Assembly: GCF_964194025.1 (NCBI RefSeq)
Contig: NC_134468.1
Span: 87,792,001-87,856,000 of the forward strand
DNA from: Convolutriloba macropyga
Taxonomy: Eukaryota
DNA length: 64,000 bases
Reading direction: 5' to 3'
Shown: piece after piece, positions 13,101-28,100 of the stretch
Layout: each line of letters starts with the position of its first letter
Position numbering within the stretch: the first letter of the stretch is position 1
Position numbers and translations under genes: made by a program
The notes under the pieces: model-generated
Told to the model about the DNA's origin: nothing
The model's database searches: none
What the model saw: only the letters and a program-made list of their open reading frames with translations

Positions 13101-16100
13101 ATGACCTAAATCATTTTCTTGATTAACCAATCAAAAACAAGTAGCGATGATGTTATAATTGATAAATATTTGATTATTTACTTTAACCCAATTGTTTGAT
13201 TAGTGAAACCGTATTGTATTTAGAACCATTAGAAACTGTTACCAAGAGCAGTTGGCTCTCAGATTGACTAAAATCTGATTCTTGAACAACTTTAGTCTTT
13301 TTGCTAAGTTTTGCTAGATCTTAAAATCTTGCGAGTTCTAAGTTAGTTGAGCTTACTTAACGAGAAGTTAGCAACATTACTAACACTTGTTGAAGCTTTA
13401 CGAACTTCAGCACAAGATTGAACATAGACTATCACTAAGGATTTACTTAACTTCAATCAACAAAATTAAAGTTACAGTCCTTTATTACGTCCGAACGACT
13501 CATTATTTGTGCAAGATGGTTAGTCAATCGAACCCAGTGAAAAACCAGGCCGGCTTAAAACTCGAGAACCAGGCTGTGATATATCGGTTCCGCTAAGATT
13601 CTTGAGCAGCCGCAACATTTGTTCCGCTGACCCGGACAACAACAACAGCAGTGTCACGAACAGCAACAAATCTTCGATTCAACCTGGTGGACCAAAACAC
13701 AACCAGCAACGATGGCCAGCAAAAGTCCCAACAGACACTGGAAGACAGCTGATTGGAAGGCAAGTGGTCAACTCAGGACATTAGAGAAAGAGCAAGCTGA
13801 CCTACTCAAGTCCTTCTCCAGACACCTCAACGAGCTAGAAGGCTACCTGACACAAAACAAAACAATGACGGCCGAAGGTGCTTATCGATGTTTCTTCGAG
13901 ACGTACAACAGCTTGGAAGACAACAGAAAACAGCAAGGTTACTATTAAAACCAAAGTATTTTGAAAACTTTGACAATGACACCAAGCGTATGTTAGAAGA
14001 AAAGAGTAAAGTTTTGCGATGGGTAGTTGACAAAATACCAGATCTCCAAGATATTGAAGATTGTCGCGCAGTAGTCGTCGACTACCGGAAAAACACATTG
14101 CGATGGTACAATAAATTGGAAGATTCTGTTCCAATCGAGAACGAATTGGTAGAACTCGAAAAGAATTGGTAGAACTCTTAAATCAGAAAATTTAAGCGAC
14201 TCTGAAAAACAGATACTGTGCGATCAGGCGGAACGGTTATTAGAAAAGCGAGATGAAATTTGCGCAGAAGCTATTTCAATATTGAAGATAGAAATTGTTC
14301 CCATGGGTTTGCGAAATTCAGTAAAGCTAGGAGTCACAATCAGGACCTGCTCAAACAGTACAGGCTCAGCAAGGATTGTGGAAACCAAACATCGTTAGTG
14401 TCAACTACATCGACTGGTGACAAAGACCCAAACGACGAAACTGTAATTGATACAAGAAAGGGAGCAATAGAAAACGCTGAGGAGAACGCGGAGGTCTCTT
14501 CCATGCATTCTGCTACACATGGAAGCCGAAAACAACCCAGTATCGCCGACTCGCGATCATCAAAGAGGCGAGAGATCGAAGAAATGGAGCACGAAAACTT
14601 GAAAGCAAAGAGAGAAAAAGAGCAACGACTGCTAGAGCGCCAGTTGGAGTTAGAGCGGGAGCGTGAAGAAATAGAACTTCGTCGCCAGCAAGAAGAGTTA
14701 CGTTTACAACAGCAACAACAACAACAACAGCGGCGAGAACAAGAGTTACAACAACAACAAAGAGAACAAGAGTTACAACAACAACAACAAGAGCAAGAGT
14801 TACGTCTAAAGATGCAACAGCAAGAAGGTGAACTGCGTCTTCGACAGCATGAGCGAACACTTGAAAACGAAAGAAAGAAAGCAGAAGAAGAAGAAGAAGA
14901 AGAAAGACGTATGAAACTTGAGCTGATCAAAGGAAGCTCAAGAGCTTTTGGATCAGTTGCAGATGAGATAGACAGTGTTGGATCAAAACGAACTCACGAA
15001 GGAAGAGCCGGGTGGGCAGAATCAGTGGCTCAACAGTCTGTCCCTAGACGGCCACTATCTCCAAATCTTGTTATCGACCCTCCAACGAATGTCACCAAGG
15101 ACAGAGCTGACAAACGTTTCAGCACCTACCCGAAAACTACCCTGCTGTTCCAACCAGGCGAAAGACTTTTTCAAAGCAACTGGCTGAACCGAGTTTTCTC
15201 AAGAAACCAGAAGTCCGTAAACCAATTAGAGTAACGGACCCACCAGCACCACCGTTGACAAAGCCGACGTTTCAGCAGCAGGGAACGTCAGCAGTTCAAA
15301 CTAAAAACAGGAGTCAGAGTCCCATTAACAACTCTCGAAACAGGTCTGCCGAGAATAGAAAAAGGAGCACAATGAATCACACCACTCCCCAAGTCATTTA
15401 CCAACCAGTACCAAGCAGTGGTACCAGTGGCTTGCCAGAACTAAAACTGACTGACTTTTCAGGAGATCCTCTGGAGTGGTCAGAGTGGTCAGGTCTCTTT
15501 GATGTTGTTGTTCATCAAAAGCCAATCAGCGATACAGAAAAGATGCAATACCTGAAGATCAGTCTCACGGGTCAAGCGAAAGCAGCAATATCAGGAATGG
15601 GATTCAGCTCACGATCATACTATCATGCTTGGGAAAAACTCTGTGAGAAATATGGCAGATCAGATTTCATAGTCAACGCGCAATTTAAGAAAATACATAC
15701 TCATCCTCCAGTTCGACATGACGATTCTACGGGCATCGTCAAATTCGCAAGTTTGGTTACAAATGTGGTAACACTTTGACTCAACTTGGATACACATCCG
15801 ACCTAGAATTAGAAGGAGGGCCAAGCTCAACAACGAGAAAATTTTCTCCGCAACCGAGAGAACAGTGGTTGCAATAAATGCAAGATCGTCGACTACTGAG
15901 AGGCAATCGGATTTTTTTCAAAGAGCGGCTGGCCTCCAAAGCTGTAATTCATAAGAACCTGTTAGCACAGACAAACTCGTCATTTGACAGAAACAAATTT
16001 CAAAGCCGTGATAAACTGAAGACGAGTACTTTTTCTTCAAACGCTGAAGAGTCAAGCAAATCCAAGAATTTTGAATGTCCCTTCAAATACAGACAACATC

Positions 16101-19100
16101 CTATTGGGGCGTGTGAAAAGTTTAAATCACAGAAAGTAAATGAACGACGAGAGCATGTCCAGAAGTTTTGACTGTGTTTCAATTGTTTGAAACCAGGTCA
16201 CATGTCGAAGGACTGCAGAAGCAGGACATGCAGTGTACCCAGCTGTGGAAGGCGACACAACAGGTTTTTGCACAGCGACCTACCGAAGGAGGAAACTACA
16301 AAGAATGTCTCAGATGCTACAACAGCATTAGCAACTAACATCACCCAAGGAGGACTCCCAGTGATACGAATCAAGCTGACAAACAGAGACTTAAGCCTAA
16401 ATGTACTAGCAATGTGTGATTCGGGATCCTCAATCTCATTTGTAGACAAGTCAGTGGTGTCAAAACTCCAACTCCAAGGCCGAAAAGCATATCTATCAGT
16501 AGCAGGGATCCATGGATCACAGGATGTAAAGACTGAAATAGTGTCGACAGCTGTGTCAGCCCATGAGAAGTCTCGACCATTGCCAACAGTGCAATTCTAC
16601 GTTCACGAAAAACTGAAATTGGGTGACCAGATTGTAGAGCTGCAAGAGTTGAAAGACCATTACCCACATTTGAGAAATTTGCCAGATCAGAGCTACAATC
16701 TAAACGATGTTCAGGTGATTCTTGGACAAGATTGTTACGATAATCATCACTCTTTTGAATTCAAGAAGTCAGAAGACAAAACTGCACCATGGGCAGTGAA
16801 ATCGAAGATCGGCTGGGCCTTAAGTGGTCCGCAACTCTTGCCACAACAGCAACATCAATTGCCGATGCCAAACTAGCAAACCAGTTGAGTAAGTGGAGGG
16901 ATATCGAATCCTACGCTTCAAACTGCGATGTCACCGGTCATTCGAAAGAAGAACAACGAGCGATCAAGACCTCGGAGCAAACAACTTGATTCAATGGTGA
17001 AAGATACGAAGTTGGACTTCTGTGGCAAGAGGACGAAGTGAAGTTACCGCACAACTTTTACTCTGCAATGGGGCAGCTCAAGTCCCTGGAACGACGCCTA
17101 CAGAAAGACGAGACGCTACGAAAGCGCTATCAGAAAACCATTGACACGGATGTCAACGCTGGATACGTTCGGAGAGTAGATCAAGCTGAACTGAATGAAA
17201 CAAGAGACAAACTGCAATGGTATTTTCCACATCATCCCATCATACACCCGCACAAACCCGAAAAAGTTGGAAGAGTGTGCAACAAATGACAAACTTCTAC
17301 TTTGGCCAGACCTGTTGCAGAGTCTTATCGGAATTATTTTTCGCTTCCGAGAACACCAAATAGCTTTATCAGCCGACATAGAAGCGGTTCAGCGAAACTT
17401 CTACATGGACGATTTCCTCAAGTCAGTCAGAAAACCTCAAGAAGCGATTGAAATCTACCAGAAAGTCAGAGAGATCCTTAACAAAGTTGGATTCAAATTG
17501 ACGAAATGGATAACAAGTGACGATGAAGTCAAGTCACAAATCCCAGAGACAGACAGGTCAACGAAAGTTGTGAAAACTTTCGAAGCAGAACCACAATTAT
17601 CTTCAATCCTAGAACTCAACTGGAATGTGGACGCAGACAGGCTTATAGTCTGTCGTGAAACTGAGCAAGAAGTTCCACCAAAAATAACTCAGAGAATTGT
17701 CCTATCCTTTGTCTCAGCAGTGTTCGACCCACTTGGGATATGTTCACCCTTCACCATACGAATGCGATTTCTACTCCAAAGCATTTGGGCAGCAATGGGA
17801 CACGCATGGGACAAAGCTTTGTCAGCAGAACACTCAAAACTGTCCAGTAATTGGTGCTCTGAGTTGAGGGAAATAAGAACCATGTCAATAAATCGACTTT
17901 ATTTTGAAAACGGATGCACAAACCTGAGACTTCACATCTTTACAGATGCATCAGAGGAAGCGATGTGCATCGTGGCATATCTGCAAAACATAGCAACGTT
18001 GAAACTTTTATATGTGGTAGGGAAATGCCGTGTGGCACCCATTAGACATATGACAATACCGAAGTTAGAACTTCAAGCCGCAGTCTACGGAGTTCGGCTC
18101 AGAGAGCAGATACTTAATAATGAACATGATGTCAGAACTGACAAAATCTATCTTTGGACCGACTCATCAACAGTGCTACAGTGGCTAAAGGCAGCGCACA
18201 AGAAACAACAAGTATTCGTTGCGAACAGAGCAGCGGAAATACTGGAAAACTCATCGATGGATCAATGGAGACACGTCAAAGATGCGAAAACCCTGCCGAC
18301 ATTGGAACCCGAGGAATGTCTATCGAAGGGCTCAAAGAGTCCGTACGGCTAAACGGGCCGGCATGGCTCCAGGCAGATGAAGAAAAGTGGCCCAAGCCGT
18401 GGTGCCAAGATAATGAACTCGAACCTGAGCAAGTTATGAGTACTGTAGCAACAGAAAATAAACTAGACCAACTGTTTGACTGGAGACAATACAGTTCCTT
18501 CTGCAAGACAAAACAGAAGGGTACCCTCAAAGCAGACGAAATTCATCACGCAGAGCAAATACTGTTTCGGTTTGTTCAAACCGAAAGCTTCCCGAATGTT
18601 TCGAAGTCTATAGCAAACAGCAAAGAAATCTCCAAAACTTTAAACATTGCCAAATTGTCGTCCTTCATAGAGGAAGATTGAACAATTAGAGTGAAAAGCC
18701 GACTGAAGCATTCAAACCTTGAATACAATGCAAAACATCCAATATTGTTAACAGCAAAACATCCAGTTGTACAACTTCTGTTGGAAAGAGCGCATCGAGA
18801 CAACCTAAATGAGGGCACAGAATACGTGAGAAACATGCTCCAACAAGAATACTGGATCATCGGGCTGAGAAATGCATTAAGAAAAATCAAGTCAAGATGC
18901 ATCAAGTGCAGACACAGAAACGCCAACCCAATTCATCCAGCGATGGCAGATCTAACCCGAGAACGACTTGACGAACATGTGTTCCCATTCACTCATAGCG
19001 GATTCGACTACTTGGGAACCTTCGAAGTCAAGTTCCTACGACGTACCTTGAAAAGATGGTGCTGCCTTTTCACTTGCCTGACAACCAGAGCAGTACACAT

Positions 19101-22100
19101 CGAAGTCGCACAGTCATTGGACACCGAGTCATGTCTAGCTGCAGTGACAAGAATCATTGCAAGACGTGGCTACCCAAGTACCATCATCAAAGACAAAGGA
19201 AAAAATTTTGTTGGAGCAGCCAATTAGCTGAAATCATTCATGAACTAGTGGGACAAAGCAAAGATTGAGAGTGACTTAGCACAGAAAAAGATTGTTTGGA
19301 AATTCAATTCTCCCGGAGCTCCTCACTTTGGTGGAATCTGGGAAAGTGGGAAAGACTGGTTCAAAATTGCAAGAAGGTCATGATTGCAATCTTGGACCAC
19401 AGAAGCCTCACCGACAAGGTACTCAGCACAACAATGTGTCTTGTAGAGCAGACTCTCAACGCAAGACCCCTGACAGCAGTAAGTGACAACCCTGAAGATT
19501 TGACAGCACTCACAACTAATTATTTCTTGCTAGGACAAGAGAACGCGAGTGCACCTTTCATGCCATCCAGTGAACGCTACCATGACCTGAGAAATTCTTT
19601 CAGAACGGTTCAAGCATATGGCGACATGATCTGGAAAGGATGAACTCGTGAAAATCTTCCACAATGGAACCAGAGATCGAAGTGGTCAAAAGAACATGTG
19701 CGAAACATGAAAGAAGGCGAGTTAGTGTGGCTAGTAGATGACTCTGTGAAACGCTGTGAATACAAACTTGGACGAATCATTGAGATCTTCACTGGCAATG
19801 ACGGAGTTGTGAGATCAGCGAGAGTCAAAATGGCACATGGAGAGCTAAACCGGCCAGTCGTGAAGTTAGCGCCAGTATTCTACGATGGTATTTCCGAGAT
19901 CGAAAACAGGGCCGGCGATTTTGGCGCAACTTCAGATCAGCTAGAAAAGCCATCAGACAGCAAAAAATAACTTTTGAAACTGAAAAAACTTAGAATTTGT
20001 CAAAACTCAAAAAAGGTCAAAAATGAAAAATTTTACAAGTTGGGACCGAAAATCTGTACATCCCCCCCCCGATTATGGGAAGGCAAAACCCGAGCAACCC
20101 GAGGTTATGGCAGACTGTTAGAGTTATCTCTAAGCTACTCATGGACCCAACGAACATTATTGCATCAGACCCACAAGTGTGGCTATTAGCACTTAAATGG
20201 TGCAAAATTGGCATTTTTCGATATTTTGTTATTTATTATTAATTTTCTTAAGTTGTTTTTTTATGATACTTTAGATGATCATTAAAGGTGAAATACCGTA
20301 CATTCGAGGCATTTAGAGCCACGTAATAACCATCCGTGCTTATGTCAACAAAAGCAAATATTGCAGTAATTTGACATTTACTATGTAAACATTGACCTAA
20401 ATCATTTTCTTGATTAACCAATCAGAAACAAGTAGCGATGATGTTATAATTGCTAAATATTTGATTATTTACTTTAACCAAATTGTTGGATTAGTGAAAC
20501 CGTATTGTATTTAGAACCATTAGAAACTGTTACCAAGAACAGTTGGCTCTCAGATTGACTAAAATTTGATTCTTTAACAACTTTAGTCTTTTTGCAAAGT
20601 TTTGCTAGATCTTAAGATCTCGCGAGTTCTAAGTTAGTTGAGCTTATTTAACGAGAAGTTAGCAACATTACTAACACTGGTTGAATCCTTACGAACTTCA
20701 GCACGAGATTGAACATAGACTATCACTAAGGATTCTCTTGACTTCAATCAACAAAATTAAAGTTACAGTCCTTTAATACGTCCGAACGAATAATTATTTC
20801 TGCGAGATCGTTAGTCAATCGAACCCAGTGAAGAACCAGGCCGGCGTAAAACTAGAGAACCAGGCTGTGATATATCGGTTCCGCTGAGATTCTTGAGCAG
20901 CCGCAACATAATCAATAATGTTAAATCAGGGTCAAATGAAGTGGCTCAAGGAGTTCCCTAAGGAACAGTCTTGAGTCCTCTCTTGTTCAATCTATTTGTT
21001 AACGATCTTAACAACTTTTTGTCATGTGAAACAATACAATACGCAGATGACACAGTCCTATTAAGCTCTCATGATGAAGCTCTCAAATGCAAAGACGAGC
21101 ATGAGAAGGCCATAGAAAAATGCATACAATATTTTCAATTACATCACCTCAAGATCAATCAGGATAAAGCAGAGTTTATTAGTTTTGGTAGCTCGAATCC
21201 TCAAGACGAAACGACATTAAAAGTTTGAGACAAATTATTAAGTTCGAAAGCGGAAATCATATATCTCGGTGTTTTTCATGCAAATTGAATTTGGAAATTG
21301 TCTGGGTAAAAATTTTTTGAGTTCACTCGTGTAGACAAAAACCTGCGGTAGTTAATTTCAAAGCTGAGTTTGAGAAGGCAGGCTTCTTTTTATTCATAGT
21401 GCCGTGACAGTAAGTTGCAGCCCTGTAATCAAAAAGGTAGTATACCAAGGTTCATTTTAAGGTCTGAGGATGAGTCAAACTTTTGTCTGTAAAAACTTGA
21501 GGTGATGTAATTGACAAAGACCTCAAATATCAAAAACAAGCAAAAATTCTTTTGTCAAAATGGCCCAGGGCATTAAATGCATATATGTACTCAGGAACAT
21601 AATTCCCACTGTATACAACAAAAAGTATTTTGAATTCTTTTGTTCTCAGTCATGTTCAATATTCTTCTGTATTAATTGCAACCATCAATCAAAATCTCAT
21701 AGCAACACTAAAAGCAGTTGAATTGGGCCGTCAAAGCTTGTTTTCACAGACAAAAGTTTGACTCATCCTCAGACCTTAAAATGACCCTTGGTATACTACC
21801 TTTTTGATTAAAGGGCTGCAACTTACTGTCACGGCATTATGAATAAAAAGAAGCCTGCCTTCTCAAGCTCAGCGATGAAATTAACAATCGCAAGTTTTTG
21901 TCTACACGAGTGAACTCAAAAAATTTTTACCCAGACAATTTCCAAATGCAATTTGCATGAAAAAAGTAATAATAAAAGAGGTATTCTGCAGCACAATTCT
22001 TTCCCAATAAAATATTTGTCAATGTCATACAGTCTTGCAAAGAAGAAATATAAGCAGTTTTTCCTTAATGAATACAAGAAGGTTGACAACATGGACACAA

Positions 22101-25100
22101 CATGGTTCAATTACTTGGAAACATTTTAAGTTCAATTAAATTTTTTTCTGTTTTCTATTGAATTTATGTTACTGTCGTCCCTCCCCGCCAATACAAATGA
22201 CTTCTCTCTTCGGTCGATATTTTAGTTATTATAAATTATTAGTTTCTCTGTTGTAATTATCAATACTCTACACTGCCTATCTCTGTAATTTTTACTATGA
22301 CTGAAACATTTACAGATATTAGGAGAACTACAGTGTTCGTTTTTTTTGTTTCGCTCCCTCCCCCCCCCCCCCCAGTGTGTTTTATGCCCCCGGTTACAAA
22401 TTATATGTTGTTATATAGCACGTTAGTATGTAAGAAAAAAGCATGTGCGCCTGTGGGTCATAAAAGATTTATGCGCACTAAGCTGGGGGGGGGCAGAATA
22501 GATCCAATTAACCATTATGGTACAATTGAATTGAAGCTATTAAATCCTAGTGTCCTTATAATCACGTGCGCATTTTTTTTCCTTTTTTTATTATTGTTGT
22601 GCTGTCGAGAGTATCTCTTTATATTTTTTTCTTTTTTTTCTTTGTGTGTGGAAGGTGACATGCAGAAGCTACCAAAAATTCCCGCCATCAACAGTTTCAT
22701 TGAATAATGCAAATAGATTACTACGGCTGTAAGAGAACTTCACAAGGAACTATTATCTATGAGTTTTGTTTCTTTTTTTTCTGTTTGGTTTGACAAGAAA
22801 TTCAAACTGCGCGAGCGCGCAGAAAAATATTTACAACAAAAACTGTGAACCGAAAATTTTGCATCAAGAAGAAAACTTGCACGAATACTGTTGTTGCTTC
22901 AGAATTCCTTCAAATTTTTTGGTACGATTATTTCATTTTACCCGTCAATTACTCAATCACCACTGCCACTGTTTTCTGAAGTTTTTTTCATACTGAACCT
23001 TGGAAGCAACCGACGACAATATGCAGCACAATTTCTGTGAAAGTTAAACAGAAAATCCTTACTTTAAAACAGAAAATAAAGCAGAAAATAAAACAGACTT
23101 AAACAGAGTGTCCTCCTTCTCTCATACTCATATACTCTGTCAAACTGTCAACACAAATTTCAAAACAAAGTGGAGGTTTGAATCTGGCATTTTGGAATTT
23201 TGACAACTCTCAGTTTTGGAAATTTGAACTAATGTCAATATTGCTGTTCGAAAGAAACTTTGTTTTTTCATTTTTGTTTTGCTTACTTAACCATTAGCAC
23301 TGCTTGCCGTCTTCCGAAATAATTAACTGGAAACATTTTTTTTTCAAAATGCATTCAAATGCATACAAACTTATGTATAAAAAAAGTCAAGTAACGGTGA
23401 ACAAACAAAAAAAATTACAGACAAAAAATGTACACAACAGGCACTGGCAACAATGGAGTGCCATCGATAGACTCAAATAACTACTATGGAAGTATTATGA
23501 AGCATAAGAAAAGGCAACAGATATCGACTAACGTCAAAAGAATCTCATCAAAATTTACCATGACTGAATATTTTTTTCCAATGCTGTCAAGATTTTTTTT
23601 CATTGAGGAACTTGAACATCTTTGTGATGGTCTAGCATAACACCACAGAAATGTTGTCAAATCGCAAAAATACTGAGGCTTGTGAATGTTATCTAACTAA
23701 CATAGGCCAAAAAATGAGTGACTCTGAAACGAATGGCAAGTGTTTGGCTTCGGTAGTACCCAGCTGAGGCTCAGAGATGCTAGCATTGATGGGGATGAGA
23801 ATGGGGGGGGGGGGGGGGTGAGTGGAGTGTGGGGGATTCAAGCGATTGAGGAGTAGAAATGGGACTTGGGGGTGGTGCGTGACTGGGGGCGTGACTGGGG
23901 GGGGGGGTTGGGGTGAGACTGGGGGATGGCTGATGGGGGGCGTGGACAAAAACTTTCTTAAATCACATTAAAAGGACCACAGGACTAATATAATTGCTAC
24001 AAAAGTTGCTTCAGAGCAATTAAGAGTGACGATGAATGAGCTTGGTAATGTTATTTTGTAAATTGTCGATTTGAAAACAACGGAAACAATCTGCCCCAAA
24101 TTATTGATTAGAAGTCGACGAATTTTTCAAGTTAGCTGAATCCGCAGTATCTGTTTTTCATAAACAATAAGGTGGTGTGTGAATAATATTTACAATTCAA
24201 GACAATTCAGCTTCGGCTCTGTGGCGTAATGAGCTGTTTGTTTTAAAAAATTCAATAAATTATAGGAAGTGTTTTGGAATCTGGCGGATTAGTTATAAGT
24301 GCGACTAGAAAAATGGGCAAAAAATATCGCTCTTCCACAATAACAGAAAATTCGTTGACACGTTACGCGCAAATTAATGCAAATTTTGCACTGCCCGAAC
24401 CAAGTTCCAAGTCTAAATCAGGACTAAGCAAGTCTAAATGCAAATTTTATGCCGTTTTTCAGTAATATGAAAACCGTAATTCAAGTCTTACAAGTCTTGG
24501 CCAAGACATGGGTAACATTTGGATTTTCGTTGGTTTTTTGTATTTTATCAAATTTGCCCAAAATCAGCGACAATACCAAAATCACCGAGCAAATTGCCAT
24601 TCCTCGTCGCTAATCTCGGCAGCACTTTCTAGCGACAAAATCACTGCAAAAGTCAAGGGACTAGATTAGAGTCAGCGACAAGATCAAAGGATTAGAATCA
24701 ATTACTTTTGTCGCTAGTATTCGCGCACGAAAACCTGCGACCTATATACCAAAATTTGAAGCTGTCAGACCTTTTCGGGCTCTTACTTTCCTGATCTTAA
24801 TACATGTGCTTAAAATAGATGCGTAAAACAGTGACGAGCCGAGTATATGGTCGAACAAATGTGCTTTTTACAATGTAATGCAAGTTGATTCCATGAGTCA
24901 AAACTAAATTTTCAAAAACTGTTGAGCGAAAATTTTGAATTTGAAAAAAATTTTGAAGCGTGCCACGATTTGGGCGTTAATTTTCAGCTACTTTCCCGGG
25001 GTGCTTACATAACACCCAACAGCCGTCCAAAACAGTCAACTAGCACCGCGGGGGGGAGGGGTTTAGATTTGCACTTGCGATTAAATTTGCTGAGTACCGA

Positions 25101-28100
25101 TACTGCCTTGGCGATAAGTACGGGTGGTTATGACTTGCCTAGAGCTCGGCAAGGAATTTGACCAATCATTGCAATTGATGTACATCATTATAAACTTGTA
25201 ATCGTGTCAATTATAGATGGGTATGTTTCAACAGGGGAGGGGGGGGTTCGAAATGGTGAAATATATGAATCATACCTTCAGCGTCCTCTGTATAATCAGC
25301 ACCATATGCTTGTGTCTCGTCACCTGATACATACAGGGGTTGACCTCCACCCTCTTTTCCCTCTTTTTTGCTCCTTCTCCTGTGCCTCTTCTCTGTTGCA
25401 GTGTCTTCCCCTGAGGCATCTGCCGAGTAGTACCTGCCGCCCCCCTCGGGACTCTCCTCTTTGTCTTTGAGTGGGCCGTACTTCCTACGATGCTTGCGAC
25501 CGCTTTTTCTTGTCTCATTCACTCCTTCTTTGTTATCCTCGTCAGGCTGTTTAACTGAAACAAGGAAAACCTCTACAGTGACGTGCACCCCCCTAAACAC
25601 ACACCCACACACACACAACAAACACACACACCCACACACACGCACGCACATCATGATAAAATTTGAGATGTTTTTAAGAGTATAACCGGGGGTTAATGTC
25701 AAGGGGGCGCATCATTGTTCCAGTAGAGAAGTGGGTGCGGAGGATGGGGTCGAGGTAAAAAATTAAATTTACTTGGGAGGGTGGTCAAAAATATGTAAGA
25801 GATGAAAAGCAATGATGGATTTCCTGCAAGAGTTATGAGTAGGATAATTAAAGAAAATGAAACGAAAGACACTGTATTATTCCTATGATCTCCGAGACAG
25901 ACAGTGCTAAATAACAGTAATAAAAACCAACAATTCTGGCCCAAAGTGATCAGAGTCTGTTCAGTTAGGCCAAGAAACTGTCTTGCATCTGTTCTGTCTG
26001 TCCTAATCACCTCAGACATATTTGGTCTGGATCAGGGTCTGAGTTGGATCTTTTCATTCTGGGCTCCCATGTAGGTAGACTAAATCCTTCTGGCCCATAT
26101 CAGCTCATTATGGGTTCTTCAAATCAAGTTAATACAAAACAAATTAGTATAAATGTGAATTCAACTAATATACGGCTTGGTAAGATAATCTTGGTCGACT
26201 TTATTAACTCATTGACATGCTATTACTTGTCAGTTTAAAGACATAATCCAAGTTTGGAATCACAGCAATACTCGGATTAATGGCCCCTCGCCACTCTGAT
26301 GATGATTTATTATGTGAATCAAAACCCACACAATCGGGTTTTCAAATTAATATAAATTAGTTTAAAATCTGTTTTTATGGGGAAAATAACCTTTATCAGG
26401 GGTTTCTTCATAAACTTCTTTTTGAGTTTCAGCTTCGTAGAAGACTCCCTCATTGCCCACTTCTGCGTCAGTGACCCCGTAGGCACCCTCCCCTGCTCCT
26501 TCCCCATATTTGGCCTCTTCTGCTTTTTCCTCAAACTCTTTTCCATATGTTCGGGTACTGCTGCGTTTCTTCCTCCCTTTCTTTCCCTTCTTATTCTTCT
26601 CCTCGCCTCCTGGGACAACATAAAAACAATTAGATAAATTAAAATTAAATTATATAAATTTGGAAATTCGAACTTAAAAATTAAAATTATAACTTGAAAA
26701 TAGGAACTTGAAAACAAAATTATATAAAATTGGAACTTGGAACTTAAAAATTAAAATTGGAACTTGAAAATTAAATTATATGAAATTGGAACATTACATA
26801 ATTAAAATTGGAACTTGTTGTTTACTACGACGAAAGAAAATTGTCGAAACAACTTTTTACTCGACCGTTTTGACTTCTGACATTTACGCCCCTGGGTATT
26901 TTGCGAGAAATTGAAGGAAAAAGGTTTGTTTCTTATCATTTTTTGCGTATAGAATGATCAGAAACAAGCAATTTTCCATGGATAAAATAGCCTGGGAACT
27001 TTTAAATTTGGCATATTATTCCACTCAATGCAACTATGGTACCGTAGTTGCAATGAGGTGGAATAACATGCCAAATTTAGGAGTTCCCACGCTGTTTTTC
27101 TCGAGAGTTATCCCCATAGTTAGACTCTTTTTGGTGGCACTCTGAGGGTAGAGTGCATCCCAAGTTATGTGATGCGGAAAAAGTTGATCATTAAGTTGAA
27201 GTGAATTGTTGATTAAATCGTTTCGAAAATAATCTGACCATAAATCGTACAACAGTCAGATAAGAAACAAAAGTCTCGGAAATCATCCAAGTATAAGTCG
27301 CAAAAAACCCAGAGGTTAACACGTTCATCAAGGTGCTTCAAATGACGTCATTAAAAGTTTTTACATACCACTAAAAAGATTGAAAGTGAAAGAAACGGCA
27401 CCAATTTTGGCACCAACTTTGATTTCAATACCACCAAATGAGTTCAGCTGCTCAAAATGAGAGAAAAATTGTGATCACAAAAACGCAAATACTCAGGGGC
27501 GTAAATGTCAGAAGTCAAAACGGTCCAGTAAAATTTGCATAGAAAAGACGCACACGGAATTCTGCCCTCAGAGCTGCGGACGGTAAGAAATAATAAATAT
27601 TATAAAGATACATCCCAACAGATTGCCGAAGGAGCTCCTGACTAGACTTACGTGATGTAGAATATAGATGAAAACAGACAGAGAATTAAATTTATTCAGC
27701 TGCAAACATTTTTAAAGAGTGAAATAACAGCTTCGCAGCTATAAATTGTATAAAAGTTCGAGTAACTTATATTCGGATAATTGAGTGTGCCTATAATTTT
27801 TTTTGTAATTTGAAGCCTGTTGTGTGGTTCCCTTGAAGATAAGTCAATGTATATTAGTTGTATGTGGTGTTACTTCAGGAATTCTTGATGGTTGAGTCAT
27901 TGTTTGCACCATTGTGTACCAAGGCTATGAGTCTGAGTTTTATGCTGTTTTCCTTTTTTACAATTTTCTCATTTTTTCTAATACAAGGCAATTTTGCTCT
28001 CTGTAGGATCCGTTATAAAAATTTGAATTCTATCTGGACAAAAACGTTGGCCTCGAGGATAAAAAAGATCGCGGATATACTTTTATGACCAAGAACCGCC

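Larger units (their letters stand above)
12623..20908 (+). mobile_element. Full-length decayed BEL/Pao LTR retrotransposon
   Basis: Paired ~990-bp LTRs and a 5-bp TSD TAATC (12618-12622, 20909-20913). Domain order is gag (FSGDPLEW, Cys/His knuckles), protease (CDSGS), RT (FYMDD), RNase H (FTDAS, WTDS), integrase. Confidence 0.97.

Noticed and set aside
14340-14930. Cys/Ser-rich 196-aa and Val-rich minus-strand ORFs
   Set aside because: They are antisense shadows of the polyQ/E gag repeat.
26319-26717. 132-aa ORF from the track (EARRRIRRERK...)
   Set aside because: Wrong frame: the splice phases select the GEEKNKKGKK frame for this exon.
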